This document shows, piece by piece, positions 1 to 11,916 of a stretch of DNA of 64,000 nt (position 1 is the stretch's first letter; the number at the start of each line of letters is the position of its first letter). Where the stretch lies: contig JASCQW010000142.1 in assembly GCA_030264375.1 (NCBI GenBank), positions 19,559,763 through 19,623,762 on the forward strand, read 5' to 3'. This DNA is from Carcharhinus longimanus. Taxonomy: Eukaryota. Both the position numbers and the translations under genes were made by a program. A model generated the notes under the pieces. The model saw only the letters and a list, made by a program, of their open reading frames with translations, searched no databases and had not been told where the DNA came from.

Positions 1-266
1 CCAGGGGCCTGGGTTCAATTCTGACCACAGGTGCCCATCTGGGCGAAGTTTGCACATTCTCCCTGTGCCTGCATGGATTTCCTCCAGTTTCCTCCCACAT
101 TCCAAAGATGTGGGGTTAAGTTGATTGGTCATGATAAATTGCCCCTTTGTCTTAGGGGGCCTAGCAGGGTAAATATGTTGGGTCACAGGGGTAGAGCCTG
201 AGTAAGATACTCTGTCAGCGAGGACTCAATGGGCTGAATGGTCTCCTTCTGCACTGTAGGGATTAC
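1..266 (+). mobile_element. HE1-type V-SINE (5' cut by window edge)
   Basis: B-box gggttcaattc, V core tttgcacattctccc...ttcctcccac, tail tccttctgcactgtagggatt. Confidence 0.9.
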
Positions 267-519
267 ATAAAATGAATCCAAGTAAGTAAAAAAAAGTTTA
301 TTCTTTTAAAATGTCTTTGGAAACCTGTTTAGAAGATATACGTGAAATGTTAAGACTTTTAAAGCTGAGCAGATTAAGCAGTGGAGAAGGATATTTTACT
401 TTTAGTGTATTCAGCACATGAGCTAACAGGGATATAGATTCTATTGTGGGCCAGAGATTAGTTCAAAGATGAAAGGAATTGATTATCTTCTGATTTTCCC
501 CATGCAGAATGAAAAATAT

Positions 520-858
520 TTATTTAAATCCCAATCTCTGTAACTTCCTCCGGCCTAGGATCCTCCAAGACCTTTGCTTTCTTCCAATTCTGGTCTCTAG
601 TACGTCCCCAGTTTCCTTCATGTCACCATTGTTGGCTGTGATTACAGCTGTCAAAGTGCAGAACTCCAGAATTCCCTTGCTGGATCTCTGCACCTCTCTC
701 TTCCTTTAAGTCATCCATTTCCTACCTCTTTTTACAAAGCTTTAGGCCATTTGTCTCAATATTTCCTTACGTGGCTCACGGTCAAATTTGCTCCAGTGAA
801 GCACTTTGGGTTGTTTTACTATATTAAAAATGCTATCAACATGCAAGCTGTTGTTGCA
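520..858 (+). mobile_element. L2-clade LINE 3' fragment
   Basis: Ends gtgaagcactttggg...tatattaaaaatgctat...gcaagctgttgttg, resembling an L2 3' end. Confidence 0.6.
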
Positions 859-892
859 GTTAAGGCCTTAGATAGGGAACCTTTTTTTAAAG

Positions 893-1237
893 TTCATTCA
901 TGGGACATGGACGTCATTGAATGGCCAGCACTTATTGTCCATCCCTAGTTACCAAAGGCAGTTGAGAGTCAAACATATTGCCATGGCTCTGGAGTCATAT
1001 GGAGGCTAGACCAGGCAAGGACAGCAGATTTCCTTCCCTAAAGACATCAGTGAACTAAATGAGTATTTCCGACAATTGACAATGGTTTCATAGTTATCAG
1101 TAGATTCTTAATACCAGATTTTTAAAATTGAATTCAAATTCCACCAGCTGCCATGGTGGGATCTGAACCTGATCCCCAAACATTAGCTGAGTTTCTGGAT
1201 TAATAGTCTAGAGATAATACCATTAGGCCATCACCTC
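893..1237 (-). mobile_element. tRNA-derived SINE (second family) with LINE-derived tail
   Basis: Minus strand starts gatggcctaatggta (A box) ... ggttcagatccc (B box); tail ggtaactagggatggacaataagtgctggcc; homologous to 49510-49760. Confidence 0.75.
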
Positions 1238-3330
1238 AACAATGGCTTGACAACANNNNNNNNNNNNNNNNNNNNNNNNNNNNNNNNNNNNNNNNNNNNN
1301 NNNNNNNNNNNNNNNNNNNNNNNNNNNNNNNNNNNNNNNNNNNNNNNNNNNNNNNNNNNNNNNNNNNNNNNNNNNNNNNNNNNNNNNNNNNNNNNNNNNN
1401 NNNNNNNNNNNNNNNNNNNNNNNNNNNNNNNNNNNNNNNNNNNNNNNNNNNNNNNNNNNNNNNNNNNNNNNNNNNNNNNNNNNNNNNNNNNNNNNNTAAA
1501 ATGGCATTTATCATTGCTAGAGTGTAGAATTTGCTGGCATCTTTAACTAAATATCTAACTGCTTCCCAGTTCATAGTAGTCACGTACCGTACTTAAAGCC
1601 ACTGAAACTTTACATAGTTAACATTCAGATCCTGCCCAAATAACCTGCTCTTTTTTTAAAAAAGTACCAATTGCTTTCAAAAGAAAATCAAACCTTTATT
1701 GATCTGACATTTCTGTCTCATTTCGAGTCAGGATTTCAACGAGTGCCCGTATTCATTAGAGATTTAATGTAACATTGTAGGAACCTTTCCCAGAAATGCC
1801 ATGCCATGTATACCAAGTTATATTATTCTGCTGCCAGATTGAAACTGCCCTTTATGGCAACAATCTATTTCTGAAAGGTAAACACAGTATGAGACCAATC
1901 AAAGGTTAATCACTATTTGGTGAGTGACGTTTACGATGAGAAAGTACTTGTCTGCTGCCAACTCGGTGACAGTTAAAACAGTATAAAATGACTGGCATTC
2001 TTGTCACAAGGATACTTTGAATTGTGACATCTATAATGCGAGAGAGATATGGATATTAGGAAATAATAAATGATGGAGAATGCTGTGTGTAAATTTCCAG
2101 TGATAGCAGGGCTGCAAAATTCAATCAGACCTACAAGCTGGCAGGGAACTGTAATATGTGATGAAGCAGCATTCATTCCTTCCACAGCTCATAATGGATA
2201 TACCTCCTGCCTCCTGTCCATTTACACAATTGGAGCCCACACACAATGCTAAGCATCGCATTGAGTGGCTGCATGCATGAAACTGTGAAGTAGTGAGAGG
2301 CGAGCATAGGTTCAAGCTGGCCTTGCTACTTAAAATTAGCATGCATCTCTTAAAGGGGGAGATTCACCGCAGCCCAACAGATCAATCCAGAAGTGAGTCT
2401 GAGCTGGGAAAGACACGAGAAGAATGGCACAACACAGCAGAGAGCAGGTTCCACGTTTCTCTGACAGAGCACGGACGGCCTTGCTGTAACAGCGGACAAG
2501 AGGAGAGATGTCCTCTGTATGCAGACATGATGAAGGCAGTGGCAGTACATAACTATGGAAGCCAATGCCAGGACCTGGGTTCAATGCTCATAACAGGTTC
2601 AATGCCATCAAACAAGTAGTTAAGTTCAGTGAATGCGTCGTCAAGTGAAACATCCAACGAGCTGACCCATTAGCATCAGACAGATACTCTTCACTGTCAT
2701 CAGTCACCTACCAAGCAGGACTCATACATGATATTCAGAGATTAACCCCACTATCTAACAGCTGAAAGCCTCACATCCATACTTCATGGCTTAATCACAC
2801 TTACTGCCATTCAAGCATGTCAGATTCATTATCCAAATGCATTGTATAACATTCATTAACACACTTTCCTCTGTTTCGCAGGACAAGCTAGACATAGCAA
2901 GTGGCAGCAGCACTGAATCAGTAGTGGGGCTTGTGTGTCCTCAACCCAATGGAAGAGATCTTGCTTGCCGTGATGGGAGCAGCCATGACTGAGACCATGG
3001 TCAGCAGCAGGCCAAAAGGATCAAAGATAATGGACGTGTTCCCATCCCCAATCCTCTTTCTCAATCCCATTTTCCACTCATTCCACAATTTCTGATGATC
3101 TCTAAGCTGCAGATAGAGGAAACAATGAACCTCTTACCTCCATTCCCTTTTCACAACCCAATCCTAATGCCTTTCTCTCTTTAGATAATCAAGCAACAAG
3201 GCCTATTAGTGGTGCAGGAACAAGAGATGGAAGAGGAAAAAACTAATGATGAAGAAACATTGTCACATGCTCTCACACTTGCAGCAACCAGTTTAGAAAT
3301 CGATATTGCTTGTACATTTGAGTGTAACTT

Positions 3331-3960
3331 AGGGCTGGATTTCACATGTCCTAGCTGGGCACGTCTTCCTCATTGGCAAGATGGGGGGCATGTAAGATAG
3401 TGCATGCGCCCCGTCCCTTTCTGCCCATTCCCCAGTTCACCTCATAATATGGCAGGCATCACATTTGACGGCCCACCTGCTATGTTGGAATAATCAAGAG
3501 CTTCTTAATGGGCCAAATGACTTTGATAATAGGCTGTTCATGCCATAATACACTTGGCAGTCAGCACCTGAGTGGGCATTTTATTCAAACATGTTTCCAA
3601 AAAGATGGGAAGGGCAACCCCCTAAGATAGTACCCTCTTTTTTCTTCGCACCTGCCAGCTCTCCCTAACAAACCATCCCTATTCTCCCATCCCCTGACCA
3701 AGCCGCCCAAATCCTCTCCATCCAGAACCTGGAATTACCTTACACCGGGATCCATGGATCTTCTTCTTAGAACTGGCTGAAGTACCGGTGGCACCTGCTT
3801 GGCACTGACATATTGGCACTGCAGGAATTGCTGGAGTTAAAGACCAATCATGTTAACTGGCAGCTTCCAAGGGTGGGATTTTCTTCTTAGTGAGGGGTGG
3901 GAATCCCACTGTCAGACAATTTAGCCCATCTGTAGCGCATTATGGATGCAGGCCTGGCTG
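3331..3960. mobile_element. Harbinger-type MITE nested in Myb gene
   Basis: Starts gggctggattt like the other MITE TIRs; right end not resolved. Confidence 0.45.
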
Positions 3961-3989
3961 ATGTGGAGCGATGTGGAGTAGAGTGGAGT

Positions 3990-4306
3990 CGTGGCACAGT
4001 GGTTAGCGCTGCTGCCTCACAGCACCAGGGACCCGGGTTCAATTCCCGGCTTGGTCACTGATTGTGCGGAGTCTGCACGTTCTCCATGTATCTGAGTGGG
4101 TTTCCTCCGGGTGTTCTAGTTTCCTCCCACAGTCCAAAGGCGTGTAGGTTAGGTTGATTGGCCGTGTTAAATTGCCCCTTAGTGTCTGAGGGACTAACAG
4201 GGTAAATGGGGTTACGGAAATAGAACCTGGGTGGGATTGTGGTTGGTGCAGACTCAATGGGCCAATTGGCCTCCTTCTGCACAATAGGGCTTCTTTGATT
4301 CTATGA
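3990..4306 (+). mobile_element. HE1-type V-SINE
   Basis: gtggcacagtggttagc head to gattctatga tail. Confidence 0.92.
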
Positions 4307-4919
4307 GATACCTATGCATGTATGGTGGGGAAAGGAGAGAGTTGGGGTGTGGTAGGGAGGGAGGCACATGCCATTCATCCCATCCCCCCACACTGTAATA
4401 TGCAGTCCTTAGAAGAAGGTCTGCACATGGTGCGACATCAGGCATGAGGCCAGGACAGAGCTGAAGCATAGTTTCAGGAGCTTACTACCTGGAGGGTGAG
4501 GTTAAATATGAATTCTGCTGCAGAGGACGAGGTCTTTGATGGGGCAAAGTACAGAAAGACTGATGGTTATGCATACAGAAATGTTTGGTGCATTGGCAGG
4601 TGGCCAGAAAGCCAGTGCAATGCAAGGGCACCGGCATCTGCACCTCCTCCATTGCAAGTTAACAACCTTCCAGCAGCCACCATGGTAGTTATCTGGGTAA
4701 CTATGTGTAAGGGCAGAAGGTCAGGAAAAGACACACACATCAACAAAATAGGAATGCATGAATGTGCTTAGATGACTTTTGTCTGGAGTATTGTTTGATC
4801 TGGAATGTTTGTTTGTGGTTGCTTTTATTTTAGTGTTGTTGCCAACAGGATGCTGTAATGGTCAGTAACAGAGGAAAGGTAAAGTGAGAAGCTGTTGTTG
4901 AATGAGGAATGGGTATGAG

Positions 4920-5420
4920 ATCACTGTTGTTTAGCAATCAGTCTGTTGTTTCTAATAAAAATGCTGAAGGTACAGTGGGCTGGCACACAATAAATGCATT
5001 GTGACTGCTGCCAGCATAGAGCCACTGACCTTCATCATACGCATTTGGGCTGAACTTAGAGGCAATGGAAGCCTTTTGGTTATGGCACAGCTTTGAATTT
5101 GCACATGATGCCCACAAATTAAAATGCAATCAGTCAGTGGTATCTGTCGCCATAAAGAAGCTTTCCTGGATGCTTTCTCTGGCAAAAGAGAATGAAATAT
5201 ATTCTCCTCTCTTTGCATACAGAATGACAGTGACTTTCCTTATACAAGAAGACAAACCTGGAGATGCCAGAGATGCCACCTGCTCCAGTCTGGAAGGAAC
5301 TTAGCTGGAAGAGGTTCAAGTTCATCGTTAACTTTACAGCCACTGGCAATGCCAACTTCATCCTATACTTTGGCAGTAGGTTACAGAGCACCCTTACTGA
5401 AAATGAGATGTTGCACATAA
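4920..5420 (-). pseudogene. HARBI1-like Harbinger transposase remnant
   Basis: LALPVAVKLTMNLNLFQLSSFQTGAGGISGIS and YAGSSHNAFIVCQPTVPSAF resemble Harbinger TPase blocks (ALPVAVKVT..SGSFQ..GIS; YPGSSHDAFIL); frameshifted, C-terminal catalytic part apparently deleted. Confidence 0.75.
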
Positions 5421-6317
5421 TGTTCTTATGATGGAAGAATTACTCCCTGTGCAGAAGTAGCCTCTAAGCAAAAATGCTTATCCCACTTCTCCTTCTTCGA
5501 ACAGCTTTGGGGTGACCTTACCAAAAGAATTCAAAATCCAGATCAAGTGCGAAACAGAAGAGTTCCAGATCTGTTATTTTGGTGAGGCCACAAGTCTGTG
5601 CAGCACCCTGTGCAATACAAAAAACGTGATCTGTTTTCCATCAGCAGAGGGAGTAGGTGGGGCCTAAATCACCCGAAAGCCAGCTCTTAGCAGCAGAGGG
5701 CAACATTGCGCATATGTAGGTTTTCTGTGCTCTGAGAGTACAGGGACCTGTCACTGCATCTGCTGCTATCAGCTGGCCTTCATGGCCCAGCATCCCCGAC
5801 TTCCAGTACAATCACAACCTCCTCTCCCACCACCAATCACTACTGCAGTGGTCTGACTCTGCCCCCTTAGTTGGCCCACCCCACTGTCTTGGCACTGCTC
5901 AGTGCCCAAGTGCCTGGTGGGCACTGCCAGTATGCCAGGTTAGAGGTGCCAGGGTGTCCTTTTCAGGGCAAGGCTGGTCATGCCAGATATCTGGTGCCAG
6001 TAAGATCACAAGAAGTGAGAACTTGGGTGCAAACTTGATCTCCCTCCCATTGGCTGGTGTGGTGCAATGATAAGATGTNNNNNNNNNNNATAGGCTGCAG
6101 TTCAAACCTCCAGACACCTATAGCCCATAGAAATCAATGAGAAAGTTTTTTCCACATCCCCTTAAATATGTCTGGAGGCAGGTGGGGAGGGGGAAATCTT
6201 CTTGTTGTTGAAGCTACAAAGGGTAAAGGGAGAACGTTAAATGGAAATTTAAGGCCGAAAATGGCATCATGTAAGTCAAATCAGCGTTAAACACCAGCTG
6301 ACCTTATAATTTGTTTA

Positions 6318-6622
6318 GGGCAGCACGGTGGCACAGTGGTTAGCACCGCTGCCTCACAGTGCCAGGGACCCGGGTTCGATTCCCAGCTTGAGTCACTGTC
6401 GGTGCCTAGTTTGCACATTCTCCCTGTGTCTGCGTGGGTTTCCTCTGGGTGCTCCCGTTTCCTCCTACATTCTGAAAGACCTGCTGGTTAGGTGCATTGG
6501 CCATACTAAAATCCTCCCTCAGTGTACCCGAACAGGTGCCGGAGTGTGACGACTAGGGGATTTTCGCAGTAACTACATTGCAGTGTTAATGTAAATCTAC
6601 CTGTGACTAATAAATAAACTTT
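6318..6622 (+). mobile_element. V-SINE, alternative-tail subfamily
   Basis: HE1-like head and V core; tail ...ctaggggattttcgcagtaac...tacctgtgactaataaataaac. Confidence 0.88.
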
Positions 6623-7355
6623 ACTTCCTTCAAACCGCCACTGCATGCTCCCCATGCTCTCAACCAAATGTTGTCCAGCATGGGCAACACAAGAGGGGTG
6701 CTTGGCGTGGACCCAAAACAGTAGTTGCATTGTTGCAAGTATGGGTGGTACACAATTTGCAGTTCTTTTCTTTAAAAGGCATGAGGGCATTAAGGGAAAT
6801 TAAGACATTTGACTCCTTGAATATGAAATATGCCCAGCTTGTTCCATATTACTTGTACAGAATTATGTCACATTAGGGGCATCCATTTAAACAATGATCC
6901 TACTTTACAGTTTGCAACTTTACAAATGCAATTCATTTAATCTATCCAGTTCAATAGCTACTCCTGAATATTTGGTGGAGTTTACTAGTGAAAGCTCTTT
7001 AAGCTTTCAGGGATTTCGTAAACGAATTAAGTTCTATACAACAAAAATATTTGCAATTAACCTATGTAAACTCCTAATACATGAAGACAATATTGTGAAA
7101 AGTCAATAATACTAATGAGGAGTGCCGTCATTTCCCTCAACAGGAGTTATGTGCATTGTGCAAGTGTCCATAAACTTTCTAACTAAGCAGGCAACAGACA
7201 TGTTATTTTTACACTTGTAAACAACAAGAAATAAATGGTGCTTTGATTTATAGTCTAAAATCGGCTAATAAAGTGCGTGGCACAATTCCCTTGTAATGGC
7301 CAAAGTGGTGAAAATTCCATACAGACCTGGCTATTCACAGTAACTTCATCGCAGT

Positions 7356-7459
7356 ATAGCTTTGACAAAGGGTCACCTGGACTCGAAACATCAGCTCTTT
7401 TCTCTCCTTACAGATGCTGCCAGATCGGCTGAGACTTTCTAGCATTTTTTTCTTTTGGT
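7356..7459 (+). mobile_element. Short Penelope-like insertion with degenerate hammerhead ribozyme
   Basis: agct-TTGACAA-agggtcacctggactc-GAA-acat-c-agct (7358-7396); flanked by ttcatcgcagt/ttcattacagt; splits an alternative SINE tail (7334-7503). Confidence 0.6.
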
Positions 7460-7678
7460 TTCATTACAGTCTTAATGTAAGCCTACTTGTGATGTTAATA
7501 AATATTCAATTGGAAATTCCTGCTTTCAATGTGGTTTGAGGGCAGGGGGCCTTTGTGTACTTCAGATCAGGGTGTTATATTTTTAAGGTCACACTGGCAG
7601 CAGTGCAACTCCAACCAGAAGCAAAGTAGCTTTTGAACAAATCCTACACATTCCACAAAGCATTACATTTTCATTGGA

Positions 7679-7959
7679 TCATAGAATCCCTACAGTGCAG
7701 AAGGAGGCTATTCGGCCCTTTGAGCCAGCACCGACAACAATCCCAACCGGTCCCTATCCTCGTAACCCCACATATTTACCCTGCTGATCCCCCGACACTA
7801 AGGGTCAATTTAGCATGGCCAATTCAACTAACCCCCAGGGAGGAAACCGGAGCATGCGGAGGAAACCAACGCAGACACGGGGAGAATGTGCAAACTCCAC
7901 ACCGTTGCCCGAGGTCGGAATTGATCGCTGGCACCGTGAGGCAGCAGTGCTAACCACTG
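7679..7959 (-). mobile_element. HE1-type V-SINE
   Basis: tcatagaatccctacagtgcag ... gaggcagcagtgctaaccactg. Confidence 0.92.
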
Positions 7960-8333
7960 CTTTTGTGTGATTGTTTTTAAATATTAGAAGAAGTCAGATC
8001 AACACTTTCCTGATGCTAAAAGATTAGGTTCCAAGCTCCATTATCAGTTCACATGAGGTTTGCTATCTACTCCTTACAGGGAACAGGTTTTGTACATGGC
8101 CTTAGGTAAGAACAAAAATGCTTGTCTATGGTCTCAAATCATTACCTGCAAGGTAAGTCTACACGATACGTTGTTGATAACAACATGATGTAATGTATTT
8201 GTTACCACACGTACGCTAGTTATAGAATTCACATGTTAGATAATAAAACCAAAAAAACTTTCTGGCAGTAGAAAGAATACTAAAAATATGTAAAGTGTTG
8301 GAATCCCACTTTCAACACCAGCAAGTGCCAGCT

Positions 8334-8347
8334 GTAACCATAGCAAC
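8334..8347. promoter_or_regulatory. RFX X-box-like motif
   Basis: GTAACCATAGCAAC in unique, non-repeat sequence; motif match only. Confidence 0.35.
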
Positions 8348-8612
8348 TCCCATTCTTACTGTACAGAACGTTTCTTCATTAAATGGAGACTGAACAGACC
8401 CCTTCGCATTTGCATTCAACTCACCGAACCAAAGGTGAGAAACATGAACCTCGACAGTGTGTTTGGCTAGGGCTTGCACAATCCTCCAGGAAATACTTTT
8501 CTATACACATCTATTAACTGATAACATCTGTGCAACGCAACAACTATGCATAAGTATCATGGCTGTGATATTATTTATCATTCTCTTGTGCAAGAAATGG
8601 GAGCAAAGTAGA

Positions 8613-8924
8613 TCATAGAATGCATAAAATCCCTGCAGTGCAGAAGGAGGCCATTTGGCCCATCGAGTCAGCACCGACCACAATCCCACCCAGACTTTAT
8701 TCCCATAACCCCAGATATTTATCCTGCTAATCCCCCTAACACTAGGGTCAATTTAGCATGGCCAATCAGCCTAACCATCCCACCTTTGGATAGTGGGAGG
8801 AAACCCACGCAGACATGGGGAGAATGAGCAATATCCACACAGACAGTGACCTGAGGCCGGAATTGAACCCAGGTTCCTGCTACTGTGAGGTAGCAGTGCT
8901 AACCACTGTGCCACAATGCCGCCC
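8613..8924 (-). mobile_element. HE1-type V-SINE
   Basis: Full head-to-tail match on minus strand. Confidence 0.92.
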
Positions 8925-8934
8925 CTTTGATAAT

Positions 8935-9120
8935 ATGCCCCTTTGAGCCAACTCCAGTCAGGTTATGGTTGATCTCCAACATCAACGCTATCTTCCCACC
9001 CTGTCTCTATATCCCTTAGTGCCCAGAAATCTACCCATCTCTGTCCTGGATATCTTCAAGGTCTCACATAGTCTTCTGAGATGAAAAAAGTTCTCTTTAC
9101 TTTCAATCTAAATAAAGAGA
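8935..9120 (-). mobile_element. CR1-type LINE 3' fragment
   Basis: ctctatatcccttagtgcccagaaatctacccatctctgtc, similar to other CR1 ends in the window. Confidence 0.55.
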
Positions 9121-9537
9121 AACCTCTATTACATCAACAAAATACAGCAGGAGGCCTTTTGAGTGATATGGTTGAAGTGGTCGGAAAAATATTGCGTGGG
9201 ATTGCCACAATTTCATCTAACTCATCATCTCCAAGTCTTTACATGTCCTTACCCAGCTGGTTCCATGCTTTTGTGGAACTCACAACAATCTACAGTAACA
9301 GATGTCTTTTAAATTCCGATGTTGGGTACCCAGTTAAAGGGTATATTGCCATGTGGATGTGAAACAGTGGTGATGGGTGGACAGGGTCCTAGAGTCAGGA
9401 GTTGTCTTTAGGCCTGTGAACTTTATTATAACTAGCTGCAGAGCTGCACAATAACTTGCATCTGTGCAGCACCTTTAATTCAGCAAAACTTCCCAAATGA
9501 ATTTCAAAGGAGTGTAATCAGAAAAATAAGGAACCAT

Positions 9538-9866
9538 TGGGTGGTTCAGTGGCACTGCTGCCTCACAGAGCCAGGGACACAGGTTCAATTCTCGTCCTGA
9601 GTGACTGTCTATGTAGAGTCTGCACGTTCTCCCCATGTCCTTGTGGGTTCCCTCCGGGTGCTCTGGTTTCCTTCCGCAGTTCAGAGATGTGCAGGTTAGG
9701 TGGATTAGCCATGCTAATTTGCCCCTTAGTGTTGCAAGGTGTATTGGTTAGGGGGATAGCGGGATAAGTGTGTGGGATTACAGGAAAGGGCAGGAAGTGA
9801 ACCTGGGCAAGATGTTCTGTTGGAGAATTGGTACAGGCTCTGTGGTTAAATGGCCTCCTTGTGCAC
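9538..9866 (+). mobile_element. HE1-type V-SINE
   Basis: ctgctgcctcacagagccaggg...gatgtgcaggttaggtggatt...aatggcctcct. Confidence 0.88.
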
Positions 9867-10489
9867 AAAGATAGCTTTCAAAAATCACATTACAGGAGAA
9901 GATGTAGTGTGCTTAAGAATGCAAGATTAGAAGGAGTAAATTTTTCAGGTTGTGAGACCTTATTAGATTTTTTCCTTCCTGATTTCTACACACATAGGAA
10001 TGGAAGCTTAATCCTTTACTGTACTTCTTAGCCATTTATTTCTTCTTAGGTCTTTATTTTTGTTCAGCAGAAATATGAAAAACGGAGGAAACTCAAAGCT
10101 GTACAGCCACAGCAGAAGATTCCATCTTCTAAAAGCAAGGCTGTATATTACCGGGCTTTTTCACGGTGAATGTAAAATCGTAGAAAACTGAGAAATTCAA
10201 AGCTTTGTTCATTTCTGGTGCTCGTTAGTCACTGAATGCGAATGCAAATTTTATAGAAGTTCAATTTCCCCCAGTACTTGGCGTCCTTTTCCCTTCCTAA
10301 TCAGTGCTAAAATAATAAATCGGTGACTGAGCTGTCTGCACATGCTTCTGTTTATAAGCAAAACTGCAAAGTGTAAATTGTGAAGACCTCCCACCAGTTC
10401 ACACATGCAAGGAATGGTGGGGGGGAGGGGTGTCGGGGGGGGGTCACGGTGGAGTGCAACTGCGTAGTCACTAATAAAGGAAGGCAGGC

Positions 10490-11200
10490 CGCAGTCAGAC
10501 TTCTACCCAGTGTAAGTTTTAAAAGGAATACTTAATCAAACCTGACTGTTCCTGGTGCTGCCGCAGAGAAAGTTTATTAACCACATTCATTTTAGCACAT
10601 TAAATGTTAATGGGTGATTCACAAAAGGTTGCAAGTAATCAATCGACAGTAATGGGGCACTAGAGAGTGGGAGAAAATATAAACTCTCAGCCATTTTCCA
10701 CCAAGTCCTAGCCTTCCAGTCAGAACATTATTAAGATCTCGATAAATTAATTTGCTCTGTGACATGGGGAGAGAGGTTTTTTTTCCCCCTCATTTTTAAT
10801 ATTCTTCAATATTACATTTCAGTGTCAGTAGCCATGGTGATGCGTACTTAATTTCCCCAGATACTCAAACAAGCCATGGATTTCTTTCATTTAGAACACA
10901 AATATTATAATTCATAACTTTCAACTCAATTAAATATCCTGTTACAGAGTCTCTGAGCCATTTATTAACATTGCAGTGCAATTGCAGAAATTAGTTTTTT
11001 TTTGTGTGTTGCCTCACCAGTTCTTATATCTCAACACCAGATCAAATCATTCAAACCTTGTATCTTTTGTTGCAAGGGTATTTCGTGGCTTCACAAAATA
11101 TGCGGCAATTGGTTAGAAATGTTCCTTTCCTGATCAATGCTTTGTCATGCGATGAAAGATAATCCCATCTTTATTGTTCTTCGTTGCAACACTTTCGGAT
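10490..11200. promoter_or_regulatory. Candidate conserved non-coding element
   Basis: Repeat-free AT-rich island dense in TAAT/ATTA motifs; conservation not testable here. Confidence 0.35.
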
Positions 11201-11421
11201 CAAACTATGATTGAACAGTCATTGCTTGTCAGGGCCTCACTAGGAGAAACCCTGTGCTCTCCAACTCTGCGCTGTCACTGTTCTTGTTATGAACTCCAGG
11301 ATCACCTATAGTCCTTATCAAACCTACAGCACGTGTCTCAGGATCTCTGAATCTAGCTGATTAGCTTTGGGACATTGGTGGGACTGTGGTGGACATATGT
11401 GGAAGGTTAGCTATTGCGGAT

Positions 11422-11600
11422 TAGAGTCATTGAGGTTTACAGCATGGAAAAAGGCCCTTCGGCCCAACTTGTCCATGCCGCCCCTTTTTAACCCCTAAAC
11501 TAGTCCCAATTGCTCACATTTGGCCCATATCCCTCTGTACTCATCTTGCCCATGTAACTGTCTAAATGCTTTTTAAAGGACAAAATTGTACTCGCCTCAG
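11422..11600 (-). mobile_element. CR1-type LINE 3' end
   Basis: gaggtttacagcatggaaaaaggccc..., near-identical family to 28350-28590. Confidence 0.8.
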
Positions 11601-11916
11601 GATACTTTGTTTCACGGCAAGCATTGTGTACAACAGTCACTGACCATTATTGGAAAAATTTGGAATATTTCTTATTACAGCAACCAAGTCTTGCTCACTA
11701 ACCCTTACCAGCTTTTCTCAGTAGTGCCTTTGTGAACACTATAATTAAACAAGTTAAAGCATCCGTCCATCAAGGAAGAAGGGAATGAGGTAACACTGTT
11801 TGGAAATAGTGGAGTTTGGTAAAGTCCCAACAATTGCACATTAAGCTACAAGCTAATTCCTGGACTCCTGGGAGAAAAAAAAATAGCCATTTTTTTTGTG
11901 GATTATGCTAAAGGAT

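Larger units (their letters stand above)
2420..4700 (+). pseudogene. Harbinger Myb/SANT-like gene remnant (copy 1), spliced, interrupted by MITE and SINE
   Basis: EQVPRFSDRARTALL; ARTWVQC/RFNAIKQVVK; acceptor tttcgcag then DKL...VLNPMEEILLAVMG; acidic third exon (EQEMEEEKTNDEETL); stops and frameshifts. Confidence 0.7.

Noticed and set aside
4039-4284. Recurrent peptides such as CGRKLEHPEETH and MAQWLALLPHS
   Set aside because: Spurious translations of HE1/V-SINE copies, not a gene family
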